From Torpedo marmorata (lineage: Eukaryota): 64,000 nt of DNA. Made by a program: the position numbers and the translations under genes. Under the pieces are notes generated by a model. It ran no database searches and was not told the DNA's origin. It saw only the letters and a program-made list of their open reading frames with translations. This document shows positions 1 through 12,581 of the stretch, piece after piece (positions within the stretch are counted from its first letter, which is position 1; the number at the start of each line of letters is the position of its first letter). The DNA lies in NCBI GenBank assembly GCA_977017645.1, contig OZ360230.1, positions 38,378,001 through 38,442,000 of the forward strand. The letters run 5' to 3'.

Positions 1-2519
1 ATAAAACAAGCTCAGGCAATATTTTCTTTCAATGTGCTTCTGAACCTCATTAGATAATATTAAATTTACAACATTGCGAGGCTTCCAGTACATTGGACAT
101 TCACAAAAGAATGACTTTGAAAGCCAGAAAATAACCAGATGCTAAATTCTTAATGAAGCATTTTGGCAGCTGGCCTAAAGAGCCAAATTATTATAATGGG
201 CCAGATTGTGCTAGAGCAGGGATTCTTGTGATGAGCCCTGTTAGGCTTGATTGTACACATTCTAACCTTTTTGCCCGCAAATTTGCTGAGAGTGCGAGAA
301 GATAACATTGAGGTGAAGCAGTTGGGAATCTGGAACCTTGGTGCTCACCGGAGGAAAGAGCTGCACGTGTCCTTATTCAATGAAATTAAAGGACAGAAAT
401 GAACGGTGGAAGGACTGAGAAAGTGAATTAGCATATTCTGTGTCTGACTCGGTAAAGAAAGAGAAATAAAGTGAGGGAATGAAAGTTTGAAATGAGAAGA
501 AAAACTAAAATAAACACCAAAAGAAAACCAAGAACAAGCTTTAACAACAGCCATTTTTAAAATCTTCAACAATAACATGCAGCTTGAAAGAATGTGATTC
601 CTCACTTCAAATTGTTCACATTCTGGGACATTCAGGGCAAAAGATGTTGGTTGGCCACTATTAACAATAGTTTAAAAAAGTTGTAACATAATAAATTACT
701 GGAATTGAATTCCTCTGGTGAGTGTAATATATAAACCTGGCAACTTTGTGAAAATTATCCTGAAACTATGGATGATTTATCATTTCCATGAATCTAACAG
801 ATGAGTGCCAATAATTGGCTCCAAACTCCTGGTGTTTGGTAATTCATAGCGACACATGTTCCAAAAAAATGTGCTGTCCGGTCTTCAATTTGCACACATG
901 CATTATTCATGTTTTTGCACATTCTAGTCCATTAATACCGTTAGCCTTTGCATATGAGGATGTCCATTTTGGTGTTCAATTACCAAATATTAACATTCAA
1001 AGTATTTAAAGAAGGATTCAGAGGAACTCCAAAATTCCAGCCGTTGACTTTAGGGAGGCTATTTCAGGCTCAGGTCACAGTGCCAGGATGGGCTATGTAG
1101 CACTATATTCTTGAGAAGGAAAACACAGTTATCTGGAAATACATTAATATTTGAGTTTGAGAATTAAGAGGGAATTCTCATACCTTTACCTCATACCTTG
1201 GGATATTAGATTCTCATTTCAACTGAAAATTTCAGATAAATTACCTTTACATTGCAAGTTCCCATCTCAGGAGGGGGTAGTAGTGAAGGACAGGTCTGTT
1301 TATATTGTACTACTCAAACATGGATCAAGTCAGGAATTGTTGTAATACTCATACATGTCCTTCACTCATTCTGCTCCTTTATCTAGGTTGGCAACAAACA
1401 GTATGGACAGGTAGTGAAAAATATGAAAGAAACAATGTTTTAAAAGAATCAAGACAGAAAGTTGGTTTTTAATATTCAATCTTCCTGTGATGAAATACAA
1501 TTTTCTGTTTGCAAAAAATTTATGAGACTTGGCATGGAGATGGAAACAATTAAATGTCTAGGAAAGCAGAGTCCTCAGATTTAAATTGTCCAGCAGTTTC
1601 TTCCAATTGTGCTTGTTCAGTGAATCCTTCAAATCATGTGTACACTGTTGTGACTCATTTAACATTTCAGCTTTGAGTTTAAAAGCATTGTTCCATTCAA
1701 ATGAACAGGACAAGTTTGAAATCAAAATGATCATGTCTCCCATCACTACAGGGGATGAAAGGATTTGTGTTTCAGGGAAAATAGGCTGAGCATTGGGAAC
1801 AACTGATTGTTTAGAAAATTTTATCATGGGCATTTTAATCAATGATTCCCTATAAAAATCTGGAATACATTTTGTCTTTTATTTGAATGAGGTTGATAAA
1901 GATTCTGAAGATTATTTTTCTTTTCATTTTTAAGGAAATCAGCATTTAAAATTAAAAACATATTTGCAATCTTTGTGAACAACTCTAAATGCAAAATACC
2001 TGGTAGCAAAATGCATGTGTTTATTGCTTGATCCACATCTCCATCAGTCCATTAATATCATCCTCATAACAGCAATGTGATGTTGCTCCTGTAATTTTAA
2101 ACTGCACGCCAGTTATAAGGAGCTTCAATATATCTACAATCCAATATTTCTGTTGGATTTTCCCCTTCCTCACCAGGTGTCATTGCATCTGTAAGAGAAG
2201 CAGTCTAATTCTATCCAGGCAGAGTTAAACATTTGCCCCATTACACACCAACCCTCTGTCCTTCCAGCTTCAAGTAATCATAGTAATCACCATATTGGTT
2301 ATTTTAAGAGCCTGTTACTTTCTGCTTGCTAGTGTTGTAACCTGACGGTCTGATGTCATTCCAGTTCATGTCAATCGACACAGGAGGCAGCCATGCAGGC
2401 CATTGAGTCCATGCTAACTCCCAGTGGTGCAATCCCATGTGTCCCATTCCCTCTGTGCACCCCCACAACTTATTTTCTCTGACACATGACAAGCACATGA
2501 TTCTTGTTGCCATTAAGCT

Positions 2520-2712
2520 ATGATAAGGGGTAATTTACTGTCAACAATAACCCTACGAGCACATCTTTTGGATTTGGGTTGAAAATGGAGTTGAAGCGGA
2601 ATCTGTGTGGTTCCAGAGAGAACATGCAACTGGACACATCTGATTTTAGAATCAAACCCTGATCTATGGAACTGTGAGGTTGAATCACTAAGTGTAGTGC
2701 TATGGTGCTGCC
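2520..2712 (-). mobile_element. Old, degraded tRNA-derived V-SINE/HE1-like SINE
   Basis: Reverse complement shows a degenerate tRNA-like head and a core resembling the younger SINE copies at 38909 and 37755. Boundaries approximate. Confidence 0.5.
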
Positions 2713-2848
2713 TCTGATAAATAGTTGTTGAGGCTGGTACAGCACAGGAACAGGCCTTTTGGCCCACAATGCCTGTGGGAACCATAATGCCAAATTAAAC
2801 TAATCACAAATGCTTGCACATAATCCACATAACTCCATGCTCTGTATG

Positions 2849-3442
2849 GCTTTCTATACATTGGAGAGACCGGTCGTAGATTGGGAGACCGCTTTGCTGA
2901 GCACCTCCTCTCCGTCCGCAACAACAGCGACCTCCCAGTAGCCAACCATTTCAATTCAAGGTCACACTCCCACACTCACATGTCTGTCCATGGCCTCATG
3001 TACTATCCCACCCAGACTACCCGCAAATTGGAGGAACAACATCTCATTTTCCATCTGGGCACTCTCCAGCCAGATGGCATTAACATTGACTTTTCTGCTT
3101 TCCACCAAACCTGCTTGTCGTTCCCTTCCCCTCCCCCCTCACCTGTCCTTCCTGTTTTTCTCCAGCTACCTAGCCATCCCTCCTCCCTCTCTTTGCTGCT
3201 GTCCTCTCCCTCCTTTCTCCACCTATCATCTCCTGCCTTTGCCATCCCCCTTCCCCCCTCACTCTTTTGTTCGGACGCCTGCCGGCATTTTCTCATACTT
3301 TGATGAAGGGCTCAAGCCCGAAACGTCGGTTATGTATTTCTACCTTTGCTACATAAAAGACACTGTTTGACCTGCTGAGTTTCTCCAGCATTTGTGTTTT
3401 TTACTTCAACCACGGTGTCTACAGATTTTCGTGTTTTACTTT
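2849..3442 (+). mobile_element. 5'-truncated Penelope-like element (GIY-YIG endonuclease C-terminus plus pseudo-LTR)
   Basis: Reads YIGETGRRLGDRFAEHL...PVANHFNS...RKLEEQHLIFHLGTLQPDGINIDF, followed by a pyrimidine-rich tract and a pLTR with a hammerhead motif. Flanked by a 15-bp TSD TCCATGCTCTGTATG at 2834-2848 and 3443-3457. Confidence 0.9.
3300..3327 (+). ncRNA. Minimal type I hammerhead ribozyme motif (U3 variant) in Penelope pLTR
   Basis: TTGATGA-A-GGGC-TCAA-GCCC-GAAA-CG-TC: core boxes, 4-bp stem II, palindromic ACGT stem III and a GUC triplet. Confidence 0.7.
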
Positions 3443-3469
3443 TCCATGCTCTGTATGTTCAATTGCCTA

Positions 3470-4505
3470 TCAAAATGACTGAAACATCACTTTTGTATCT
3501 GCTTTGACCAGATCCCTCTCCATTTTTCCCCGACACCACCACTCTGTGTAAAAACATTCCCCCTCTTGCCTTAAACTATGCTTTCTAGTGTTTGATTTGA
3601 TATTTCTGCCCTGGGACAAAGACAGAATTCCAGTCAGAAAAACACTCCTCCCTGCCTTCTGTGTCCAAGACAAATTTGAATCCAGTCTACTGAGTCACGA
3701 TGGATCTCATATGTCTTAATCTGCTCGGTCAGCTTACTATGAAGGAACTTGTGAAATACCTTACTAATGTTCATACAGGCAACATCCACTGCCCCACTCT
3801 CATCAAACTTCTTCATCACTTCATCGCAAAACTCAGTCAAGTTCAGAAGGTATGAGCTGCCCCGTGCAAAGCCATGCTGAACTCTCCCAAATAAGCCCTT
3901 GCCTTCCTATTCCTAAGAATCCTCTCCAATAGCTTTCCTCCTACTGATGTATGACTCACTCAGCTCTAATGTTCTGGATGATCCCTACTGCCCTGAAACA
4001 AAGGAACAGCACTGGCTACTCTGCAGTCCCCTGGAGTCCTCACCTTTGTTCAGAGATGATACAAAGGTATTTTTGTCGAAGCACTTGCAATTCCCTCTCT
4101 CAATAACATGGGACAGATTCCACCAGGCATTGGGAAGTTATACACCTTAATGTCTTATAATAGATCCAACACCTTCTCCTTCTGGATATCAACATGCTCT
4201 AGAATATTAGCAAATCCCACACTGGTCTCACCACCCTCTCTTTGGTGAATACCGTGCAAAGTACTCATTTAGCATTTCCCCTACATCTTCTGGCTCCAGG
4301 CATAAATTCCACTCTTTGTTCCTCTCCATAGTTACCCTTTTATTTTCAATCTAGATATGAAATTGCCTTGAGAGTTTCCTTAATCATTCTCACCAAGGAC
4401 ATTTCATCACCCTTTTTTGGCACTCCTGATTTCCTCTTTGAGTTCTTTCCTGCTTTCTGTATAGTCTTTATGGACCCTGTCTGATTTCAGCTTCCTAAAC
4501 CTTAC
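3470..4505 (-). mobile_element. Degraded CR1-clade LINE fragment (RT region)
   Basis: ORF 3634-3840 (EFCDEVMKKFDESGAVDVACMNISKVFHKF...WIQICLGHRRQ) resembles the CR1 RT motif EFFEEVT..DEG.AVDVVYMDFSKAFDKV. Boundaries approximate. Confidence 0.75.
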
Positions 4506-6100
4506 ATGGTGTGATGGTGCAAGAAAGGGCAGGAAGTAGGTTCAGGTGAATAGGAGATGTTCATGTTTTAAATGATTGAGAACTGTTTAATAAAAGAATC
4601 TTTGGCTATGTAGACACAATAGATTGAATTCTTCAATGCTGTTTCATTCTTTGACTTTAAACTGAATGTTTTAAATAGGATTTTTTAAAGAGGCAAATCT
4701 TTAGTCAAACAATCTGGCTGTTACATGCAAAGTGAGCTGCCATGGAACAGCTTGTTATGATTTAGAAATATTAATCACTTTCACAGTAAATACATGCAGA
4801 GGAGTGGAAATAAAATATTGAATTGTGGCAAATGCTTCCTCATGGAATGAAGGTTGGAAGTATCAATGGGCAAGGAAACTCTGAATGCAGTTGGCTACCT
4901 TCCTCTGCAGAGGCCTGAAACAGTTCACCCGGTGGATTCCCAGCTAATAAGTGCTGTGTGCAATGACAAGAACAAAACAACCCAAGAAGAAAAAGGCTAA
5001 AAAATAATAATTGTACAACAAAGCAAGTACAAATGTGTTCAAATCTAATCTCAGCACCATACTTAAATGAGCATATTTCTTTACACTTCTTTCAAGAAGA
5101 TATACTTGTACATATTTGCTATAAATGGATTTACAAATAAAAGGTACCGGTAATTCAGTCGATACGTGGAAGAACATTAATCTTGTTTCCATTGTCAACC
5201 ATCTTGTTCATTGCCATTGTATGCCTCCAACAATCTGCCTGACCCTTTGGCCTGACCTTGCTTGGCCCAGAGTGATGAAAGGCTGATGGGAGTGCTACTT
5301 TAGGCTCTGGATCACCTCAGTGCTCTCTGTTGTTCAGCTCTGCAACAGGCTGACCACAGCCCCTGGCAGTCGGAAACGTGCCCGATTTTCACGCATCATT
5401 TATCAGTCTGACTACTTCAGGCCAAGGCCATTTGCATTCAAAGATTCCTTCATGCATCATTCAGTGGAGCCTTTTTGCCTTCTCACTGCCTCTGGGAAAT
5501 AGGGGAAAATGCAAAAGTGAGGAGACAGACACTAGGGGCAAACACCATCAGAGCTCTCCCATCCCCTCAGCCAGTTCAATTGAAGGTATTCCATTACAGT
5601 ATATGGGATGAAGAACTACTTGATCTAATGTCTTCAATGCAATCTTCAGAGCATGCATTATGGAATTAGATAGTCCCCACAACAGATGTGAGGATAGCAA
5701 CGTGCAATCAGCTCCTCCTGTATTTAACTCACATCAACTTCATGCAGCTCATTATTCGAGTTTCAGTAAGCAGCCAACGTTAACTACATTGTGAACTGCT
5801 GGCAGATTTCAGTAGGAGTCCAGTCTTGTAATTTGGCAGCACCAATTAAAGTTAATCAGCACTTATTAAACAGGAGACACAAAGCTGCAGATGTTGGAAT
5901 CTGGAGCAAAATACAAACTGCAGGAAAAACTGAATGGGTCAAACAGCCTCCAGCCGAGGCATAGGGATGGCTGACATTTTGGGTCAAGATCAGAGAAGAT
6001 AACCTGAACATTGAAGTGGGAGGAAGGAGTGACACAGAGACTGGTAGGTGATAGGACGAACAAGATGATGGAAGGGGCGGGGAAGGGGGCGAAATGATGG

Positions 6101-6646
6101 AGTGAAACACAGAAGTCTGCAGATGCTGTGATTGTAGTAAAAACACAGAAATGCTGGAGGAACTCAGCTGGTCGTGCAACATCCATAGGAGGTAAAGATA
6201 TATTACTGACGTTTTGGGCCTGAGCTCCTCTTCAAGGTATTAGCAAAACACAGAAATGCGTCTGAGTAAAGACTGAAGAATGGCATGGGGAGGAACAGAC
6301 CAACAGCCAAAAGGTGTTAATTGGATATGATAAGAGGAAAGGTGAGAATTGATTTCGGCTCTGTGAATGGAGACGGGGTGGGGGGAAGCAAAAAAAAAAG
6401 AGAGAGAGAGCGCTGGGGGAAAGGCGACAGAGGCAAGAAGAGGGGGGGATGTTTAACGGAAACCGGAGAAGTCGATCTTAATGCCATTCGGATGGAGGGT
6501 GCCAAATGGACGGTGATGTGTTGTTCCTCCAATTTGCAGGTGGTCTCAGTCTGGCCATGCAAGAGACCATAGACAGACATGTCAGCAAAGGAAAGGGATG
6601 GGGAATTGAAATGGGTGACCACTGGGAGATCCATGCTATTGCGGCG
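6101..6646 (-). mobile_element. 5'-truncated Penelope-like element nested in an older Penelope
   Basis: ORF 6317-6688 (DLPVVTHFNSPS...CKLEEQHI). Degenerate hammerhead at 6208-6235. Probable TSD ATGATGG at 6094-6100 and 6647-6653. Confidence 0.85.
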
Positions 6647-6762
6647 ATGATGGGCACATGAAGCCAGGTGAGGAAGGAGAGAGAACACAAGTGGGCTGGT
6701 GGGAGTGGGAAAGGAATTTTGGGTGTGGGTTACCTGAAATTGGAAAATTCAATGTTCAAGCT

Positions 6763-8491
6763 AGAGACAGAGACAGATACACGCCAGCTATGGCAGTGAG
6801 TGCAGGCCATTACAGTCTACAAAGCGAGGGCGAACACTATAGATGATGTGATGCTTCACTACCCGATGAGCTGAACACCTTCTATGACCGCTTTGAGAAG
6901 AAGAACCAAACAGTGCCTACTAGAATCCCTGAAAAGGCTGAGGACCCTATGATATCTGTTTCTGAGGGCGACGTCAGAACATCATTCAAGATGGTGAACC
7001 CTCGCAAGGAGTCAGGCCTCGACGGCGTACCTGGCTAGGTATTGAAAATCTGCGCCAACCAACTAGCCGGAGTGTTCATGGACATTTTCAACCTCTCATT
7101 GCGGCAGTCAGAGGTTCCTACCTGTTACAAAAGGGCATCAATCATCCCGGTACCCAAGAAGAGTAGTGTGAGCTGCCTCAACGACTACCGCCCAGTAGCA
7201 CTAACTTCTACTGTGATGAAATGCTTTGAGAGGCTGGTCATGGCCAGAATTAACACGTACCTAAGCAAATATCTGGACCCACTACAATTCGCCTATCGTC
7301 ACAATCGCTCCACAGCAGATGCAAAATCACTGGCTCTCCACTCAGCTCTGGATCACCTCGAAAACAGCTATTCATACATACGGCTGGCCTTCATCGACTA
7401 CAGCTTGGCCTTCAATACCATTATTCCCCCAGTGCTGGTCAAGAAGCTACAAACTCTAGGCCTCTGTACCCCCTCTGCAACTGGATCCTTGACTTTCTCA
7501 TCGGAAGACCACAGTCAGTACGAATTGGAAACAACATCTCCTCCTCACTGATTATCAACACAGGCGCACCCCAAGGATGCGTGCATAGTCCACTGCTCTA
7601 CTCATTATACACCCATGACTGTGTGGCCAGGCATGATTCCAATGCCATCTACAAGTTTGCCGATGACACCACAGTTGTCGGCAGAATCACAAACGGCAAT
7701 GAGGAAGTGTACAGGAGGGAGATAGATCAGCTCGTTGAATGGTGTTACGACAACAACCTTGCGCTCAACGTTTGCAAAATGAAGGAGATGATTGTGGACT
7801 TCAGGAGGAAGTCAGGGGAACACGACCCAGTCCTCATCGAGGGCTCAGTCATGGAGAGGGTCAAGAACTTCAAATTCCTGGGTGTTATCATCTCCGAGGA
7901 TCTGTCCTGGAGCCTCCACGTTGATGCAATCACAAAGAAGGCTTGTCAGCGGCTATACTTTGTGAGGTGTCTGAGGAGATTCGGTATGTCACTGAAGACT
8001 CTCGTAAACTTCTACAGGTGTACCGTGGAGAGCATTCTGACTGGTTGTATCACTGCCTGGTATGGAGGCGCCAACTCTCAGGACAAGAATAAACTCCAGA
8101 GGGTTGTTAACTCGGCCTGTGACATCACAGGCACCAAACTTCACTCCATCGAGGACATCTACACGAGACGGTCTTAAAAAAGCAGCCTCTGTCCTCAAAG
8201 ACCCCCACCATCCAGGCCATGCCCTCTTCACTCTGCTTCCATCGAGAAAAAGGTACAGGAGCCTAAAGATGAGCACTCAACGGCACAAGGACAGTTTCTT
8301 CCACGCTGCCATCAGATTCATGAATAATCAATGAACCAAAGACACTGCCTTACTTTTCGTGCACTATTATTTATATATATTTTTTTATAGTAATGTCGTA
8401 AGATGGTAATAATATGAATGTTTGCACTATGATGCTGCCGCAAAACATCGAATTTCATGACTTGTTCATGACAATAAATTCTGATTCTGAT
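6763..8491 (+). mobile_element. 5'-truncated Rex1/Babar-clade LINE (frameshifted RT)
   Basis: [45 protein letters not shown]. 3' end GACAATAAA(TTCTGA)n. Confidence 0.92.
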
Positions 8492-9264
8492 ACTATTGGG
8501 TTGTCAACAATCCAAGTGGAATACGAGGTCTTGTTCTTCTAGTTTGCTCCATAAACAGGAGGCGTTTTGTGGCTGGGATGGTGTGTAGGACAGAATCCAT
8601 CCTGAAGAACATCCTAACATGGGAGAGTGCTGGATCAAAGATATTCAAGACTATTGGAGGTCTTGGTGTAATCTGCATTTAGAAGGAGGCATGATGCCCT
8701 TTCAGACACTTGTGCAGAAGGCCATGGCAGATAATGTGTAGGGTCAAAACTCAGGGACCTGGATGCAGTGTCTCATGGATATGGGTGGGTGCAGATACTA
8801 ATGTGGTTCAGGTGAATGCTCTGACCTCCAGCAGGTTATGAGGATTGCTGAAGTATCACCTTGAGGAGAATGTCCATGCAGCCTGAACTTGCTTGGTGCT
8901 AATACCTTCAACAATATGCTGTCCATTATTAATTCTACACATTCACCATTGAGAGCACTTCCTGTCACAGTGACACAAATAGGACTCAACAACATGTGTG
9001 TTTGATCCCTATTTTCCATTGCTGAATCTGCATGCATATTTATAATTTTTACTCACATCTTGCTCACTGTAATCTGAGATGTCATATGTAGGAATAGATT
9101 AGATGCATTTAAAAATGACTACTGTCAAAAATGGATTGACTTGACCACCAGCTGGTTCCTGAAACATACTTTCTTTTTTCCTTCTCCTGAAAATGTTACT
9201 TTATTTGAATGGATGATGAAAATCAAAGTAGAAGAGTTTAGTAACCCTTTGAATGCTGAATTGA

Positions 9265-10190
9265 CTATTGTTCATTTGCTACAACTCGGTGTTCAACACT
9301 ATCATGCCAGCAAAACCCATGACCAAGCTAAAGGATCTGGGACTCTGTCTGTCCCTCTGCAACTGGATTCTCAACCTCTTCATCAGCAGAGCCCAATTAA
9401 TGTGGATTGGAAACATCATCTCCTCCTTTCTGACCATCAAGACAGGGGCACCCCAAGGCTATGTGCTTAGTCCCCGACTATCCCCTGTACACCCAATACT
9501 GCGTGGCCAAGTTCAGCTCCAACCTCAATCTAAAAATTTCTGATGAAGAACTGTAAATGATGAGTCAGAATACAGGATAGAGGGATACAGATCGAGCACT
9601 TCATTGGGTGGTGCCAGAACAACACTCTTGCTTTCAACCTCACCAAGACCAAGGGGCTTATTGTTGATTTTAGGAAGGAGAGGCCATCTGCATTGATGGG
9701 AAGGTGGAGAGGGTCAGACCTTCAAGTTCCTGGAGTCCATATGTCAGAAGACCTTTCTTGGAGCCAACACATTGAGGCAATTGTGATGAAGGCACACCAA
9801 CCCCTCTACTTCGTGAGAAGTCTGAGGAGATTTGGCATGTTGTTGGATTCTCCATCAAAATTCTACAGAAGCACTGTGTAAAGTATTATGGCTGATTGAA
9901 TCACAGCCTAGTTTGCAATTCAAGTGCCCAGGAATGCAAAAGCTGCAGAAGGTGGTTAACACAGCCAGGTCCATTGTAGGCTCAGACCTCCCATCCATTG
10001 AAGACATCTATGTGAGGCATTGCCTCAAGAAGGCAGACAACATCACAATGGACCTCCAAATACACTGGTCACAACCTTTTCTCACCAATACCTTTGGGCA
10101 GAAGGTACAGAAGCTTGAAAACCAGCACATCTAGGTTCAAGAACATTTTCTTTCCAACACCTCAGACTCTTGAACCTCGCTTTGGTACAT
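9265..10190 (+). mobile_element. Older degraded Rex1/Babar LINE fragment
   Basis: Fragmented RT motifs (TGAPQGYVLSP, SEDLSWSQH, LQKVVNTA...LPSIEDIY) spread across frames. Confidence 0.8.
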
Positions 10191-11093
10191 TAAGCATTAA
10201 CAACATCACAAAAGGACTGTTTACATGATTGCAAGTCACGTTTTTGCATTAGATAACTGTGAATATTTATACTGCTATTTGAAGGACATATATGAACTGA
10301 TGAAACACTGGAAAGCTTGTTAACTGATGGCATGCAATTTGAACAGAATGATTCAACGTACAGTAGAATCATCATTGATAGAGAATGGACATTTAGATGA
10401 ATGGGGTGGAAGATACATATGAAAATTATTAGAGAGGATGAGAAACACTACTGCAGTGAATGAAGAGGTGATGGTTCAGAGGGTTATGGTGATGACGTTT
10501 TCAGAGGCAGACAATAGGAATACCCTCTGGGGATGCAATAACAAGACATCTCCTTTCCTGAAGATGGAAGATGATCACACTTATGGGGGTCACAAGATCC
10601 CTTGACACATCTCCTTTACCCAGATAAGATTGATTACACTGCGGTTGTGGTCAAAGTTCCTCTCTGCCAATTTTAGAACTACACCAGGGAAACTGTCTGC
10701 ACCGAAGGCCTTGGTGTTTTGCAGGCGATATATTTTTTTCACTCTTTGTCAGTCTGTAGTGGCAGAGACACTGGACTGGAATATGGGCTGTGGGAATGAA
10801 GACAGGGACATTTGCATGAAGAACAAATTGTCCATTAAGGATCGTGCTCATTTCTGTGGCCACGAATAACCTCATTCTGTTTGCTCAGCTTTTCTCCACA
10901 TTGGCAGTCAGACTTTAGATTTGTGAGCTTTAGATCACCCAGACAGCACTCAAGGATCCACACGTTGCTCCTCTGCTGTTTCCATTCTTCCCATCCCTCT
11001 GTTAGGTCATTGTATCTTCGTAGGATCTTTGACGTTCAGGTGCCATGGATCTGTTTTATTTCCCTATTGAGCTTGGAGTTTCTGATCAACAAC

Positions 11094-12001
11094 ATCAGAA
11101 TCAGAATTTATTGTCATGAACAAGTCATGAAATTCGGTGTTTTGTGGCAGCATCATAGTGCAAACATTCATATTATAACATTACTATAAAAAATAAAAAT
11201 AATAGTGCACGAAAAGTAAGGCAGTGTCTTTGGTTCATTGATTATTCATGAATCTGATGGCAGCGGGGAAGAAGCTGTCCTTGTGCCATTGAGTGCTCGT
11301 CTTTAGGCTCCTGTACCTTTTTCACGATGGTAGCAGAGTGAAGGGGGCATGGCCTGGGTGGTGACGGTCTTTGAGGATAGAGGCTACTTTCTTAAGACAC
11401 CGCCTCGTGTAGATGTCCTCGATGGAGTGAAGGCTGGTGCCTGTGATGTCACAGGCCGAATTAACAACCCTCTGCAGTTTATTCTTGTCCTAAGAGTTGG
11501 CGCCTCCATACCAGTCAGTAATGCAACCAGCCAGAATGCTCTCCACGCTATACCTGTAGAAGTTTACGAGAGTCTTCGGTGACATACCAAATTTCCTCAA
11601 GCACCTCACAAAGTATAGCCGCTGGCGAACCTTCTTTGTGATTGCATCAAAGTGGAGACTCCAGGACAGATCCTCGGAGATGTTGACAGCCAGGAATTTG
11701 AAGTTCTTGACCCTCTCCACTACTGAGCCCTCGATGAGGACTGGGTCGTGTTCCCCTGACTTCCTCCTGAAGTCCACAATCGTCTCCTTGGTTTTGCTGA
11801 TGTTGAGCGCAAGGTTGTTGTCTTTACACCATTCAACGAGCTGATTTATCTCCCTCCTGTACGCTTCCTCATTGCCGTTTGTGATTCTGCCGACAACTGG
11901 GGTGTCACCGGCAAACTTGTAGATGGCATTGGAATTGTGCCTGGGCACACAGTCATGGGTGTATAAAGAGTAGAGCAGTGGACTAAGCACACATCCTTGC
12001 G
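11094..12001 (-). mobile_element. 5'-truncated Rex1/Babar LINE, same subfamily as 6763-8491 and 18188-19085
   Basis: ORF 11490-11990 is near-identical to ORFs 7581-8177 and 18183-18926. The (TCAGAA)n tail lies at 11094. Confidence 0.92.
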
Positions 12002-12581
12002 TTTGTGATTAATTTCTATCTGACTCTTCTCATCATTTTCATCAAAAGAGTCCTGTGAAAATAATCTCTTCACAACTTTGAATTATGATTGACTCCCTGG
12101 GGTTCCAGGCCCTGTGGGTACCCTGCTGCTCTGATTGGTTGGAAGTTTACAGGTTGTGTCCGAGTTACTGAATAACAACAATCCTTCAGACCTTCACCAA
12201 ATGATTTGTTTGTGGCAACATTTCTGTTTCCACCATTGTTTTGATTTCAAATATATATCTTCAATTGGTCCATCACTATTGCAATGACAATACATGCCCA
12301 AACATTACTCTATGGTTTTATATGTTCAGAAATTCACATTGAAATTGTTCACCTACTACAAGATTCAAAACACTGCAACGAGCAAAGTTACTTTGTAAAA
12401 GGGAACTACCGCATATTTCGGCGTATAAGTCGACCGGCATATAAGTCGACCCCCCTTTTTCAGCCTCATTTTAATGGTTTTATGGTATATCCGGCGTATA
12501 AGTCGATCCCCAAAAATCGCGATGCCTGAGATGTTGCGCATTGACCAGCGTATAAGTCGACCCCCAAAAATCGCGATGATT

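Larger units (their letters stand above)
5870..8700 (-). mobile_element. Old Penelope-like relic split by two later insertions (pieces ~5870-6100, 6647-6762, ~8492-8700)
   Basis: pLTR-like end at ~5870-5995. The minus strand at ~8495-8545 reads KLEEQDLVFHLDC*QPN, which continues in the 6700-6762 segment. Confidence 0.6.

Noticed and set aside
1558-1842. 94-aa minus-strand ORF as a terminal coding exon
   Set aside because: No convincing acceptor, homology or partner exons.
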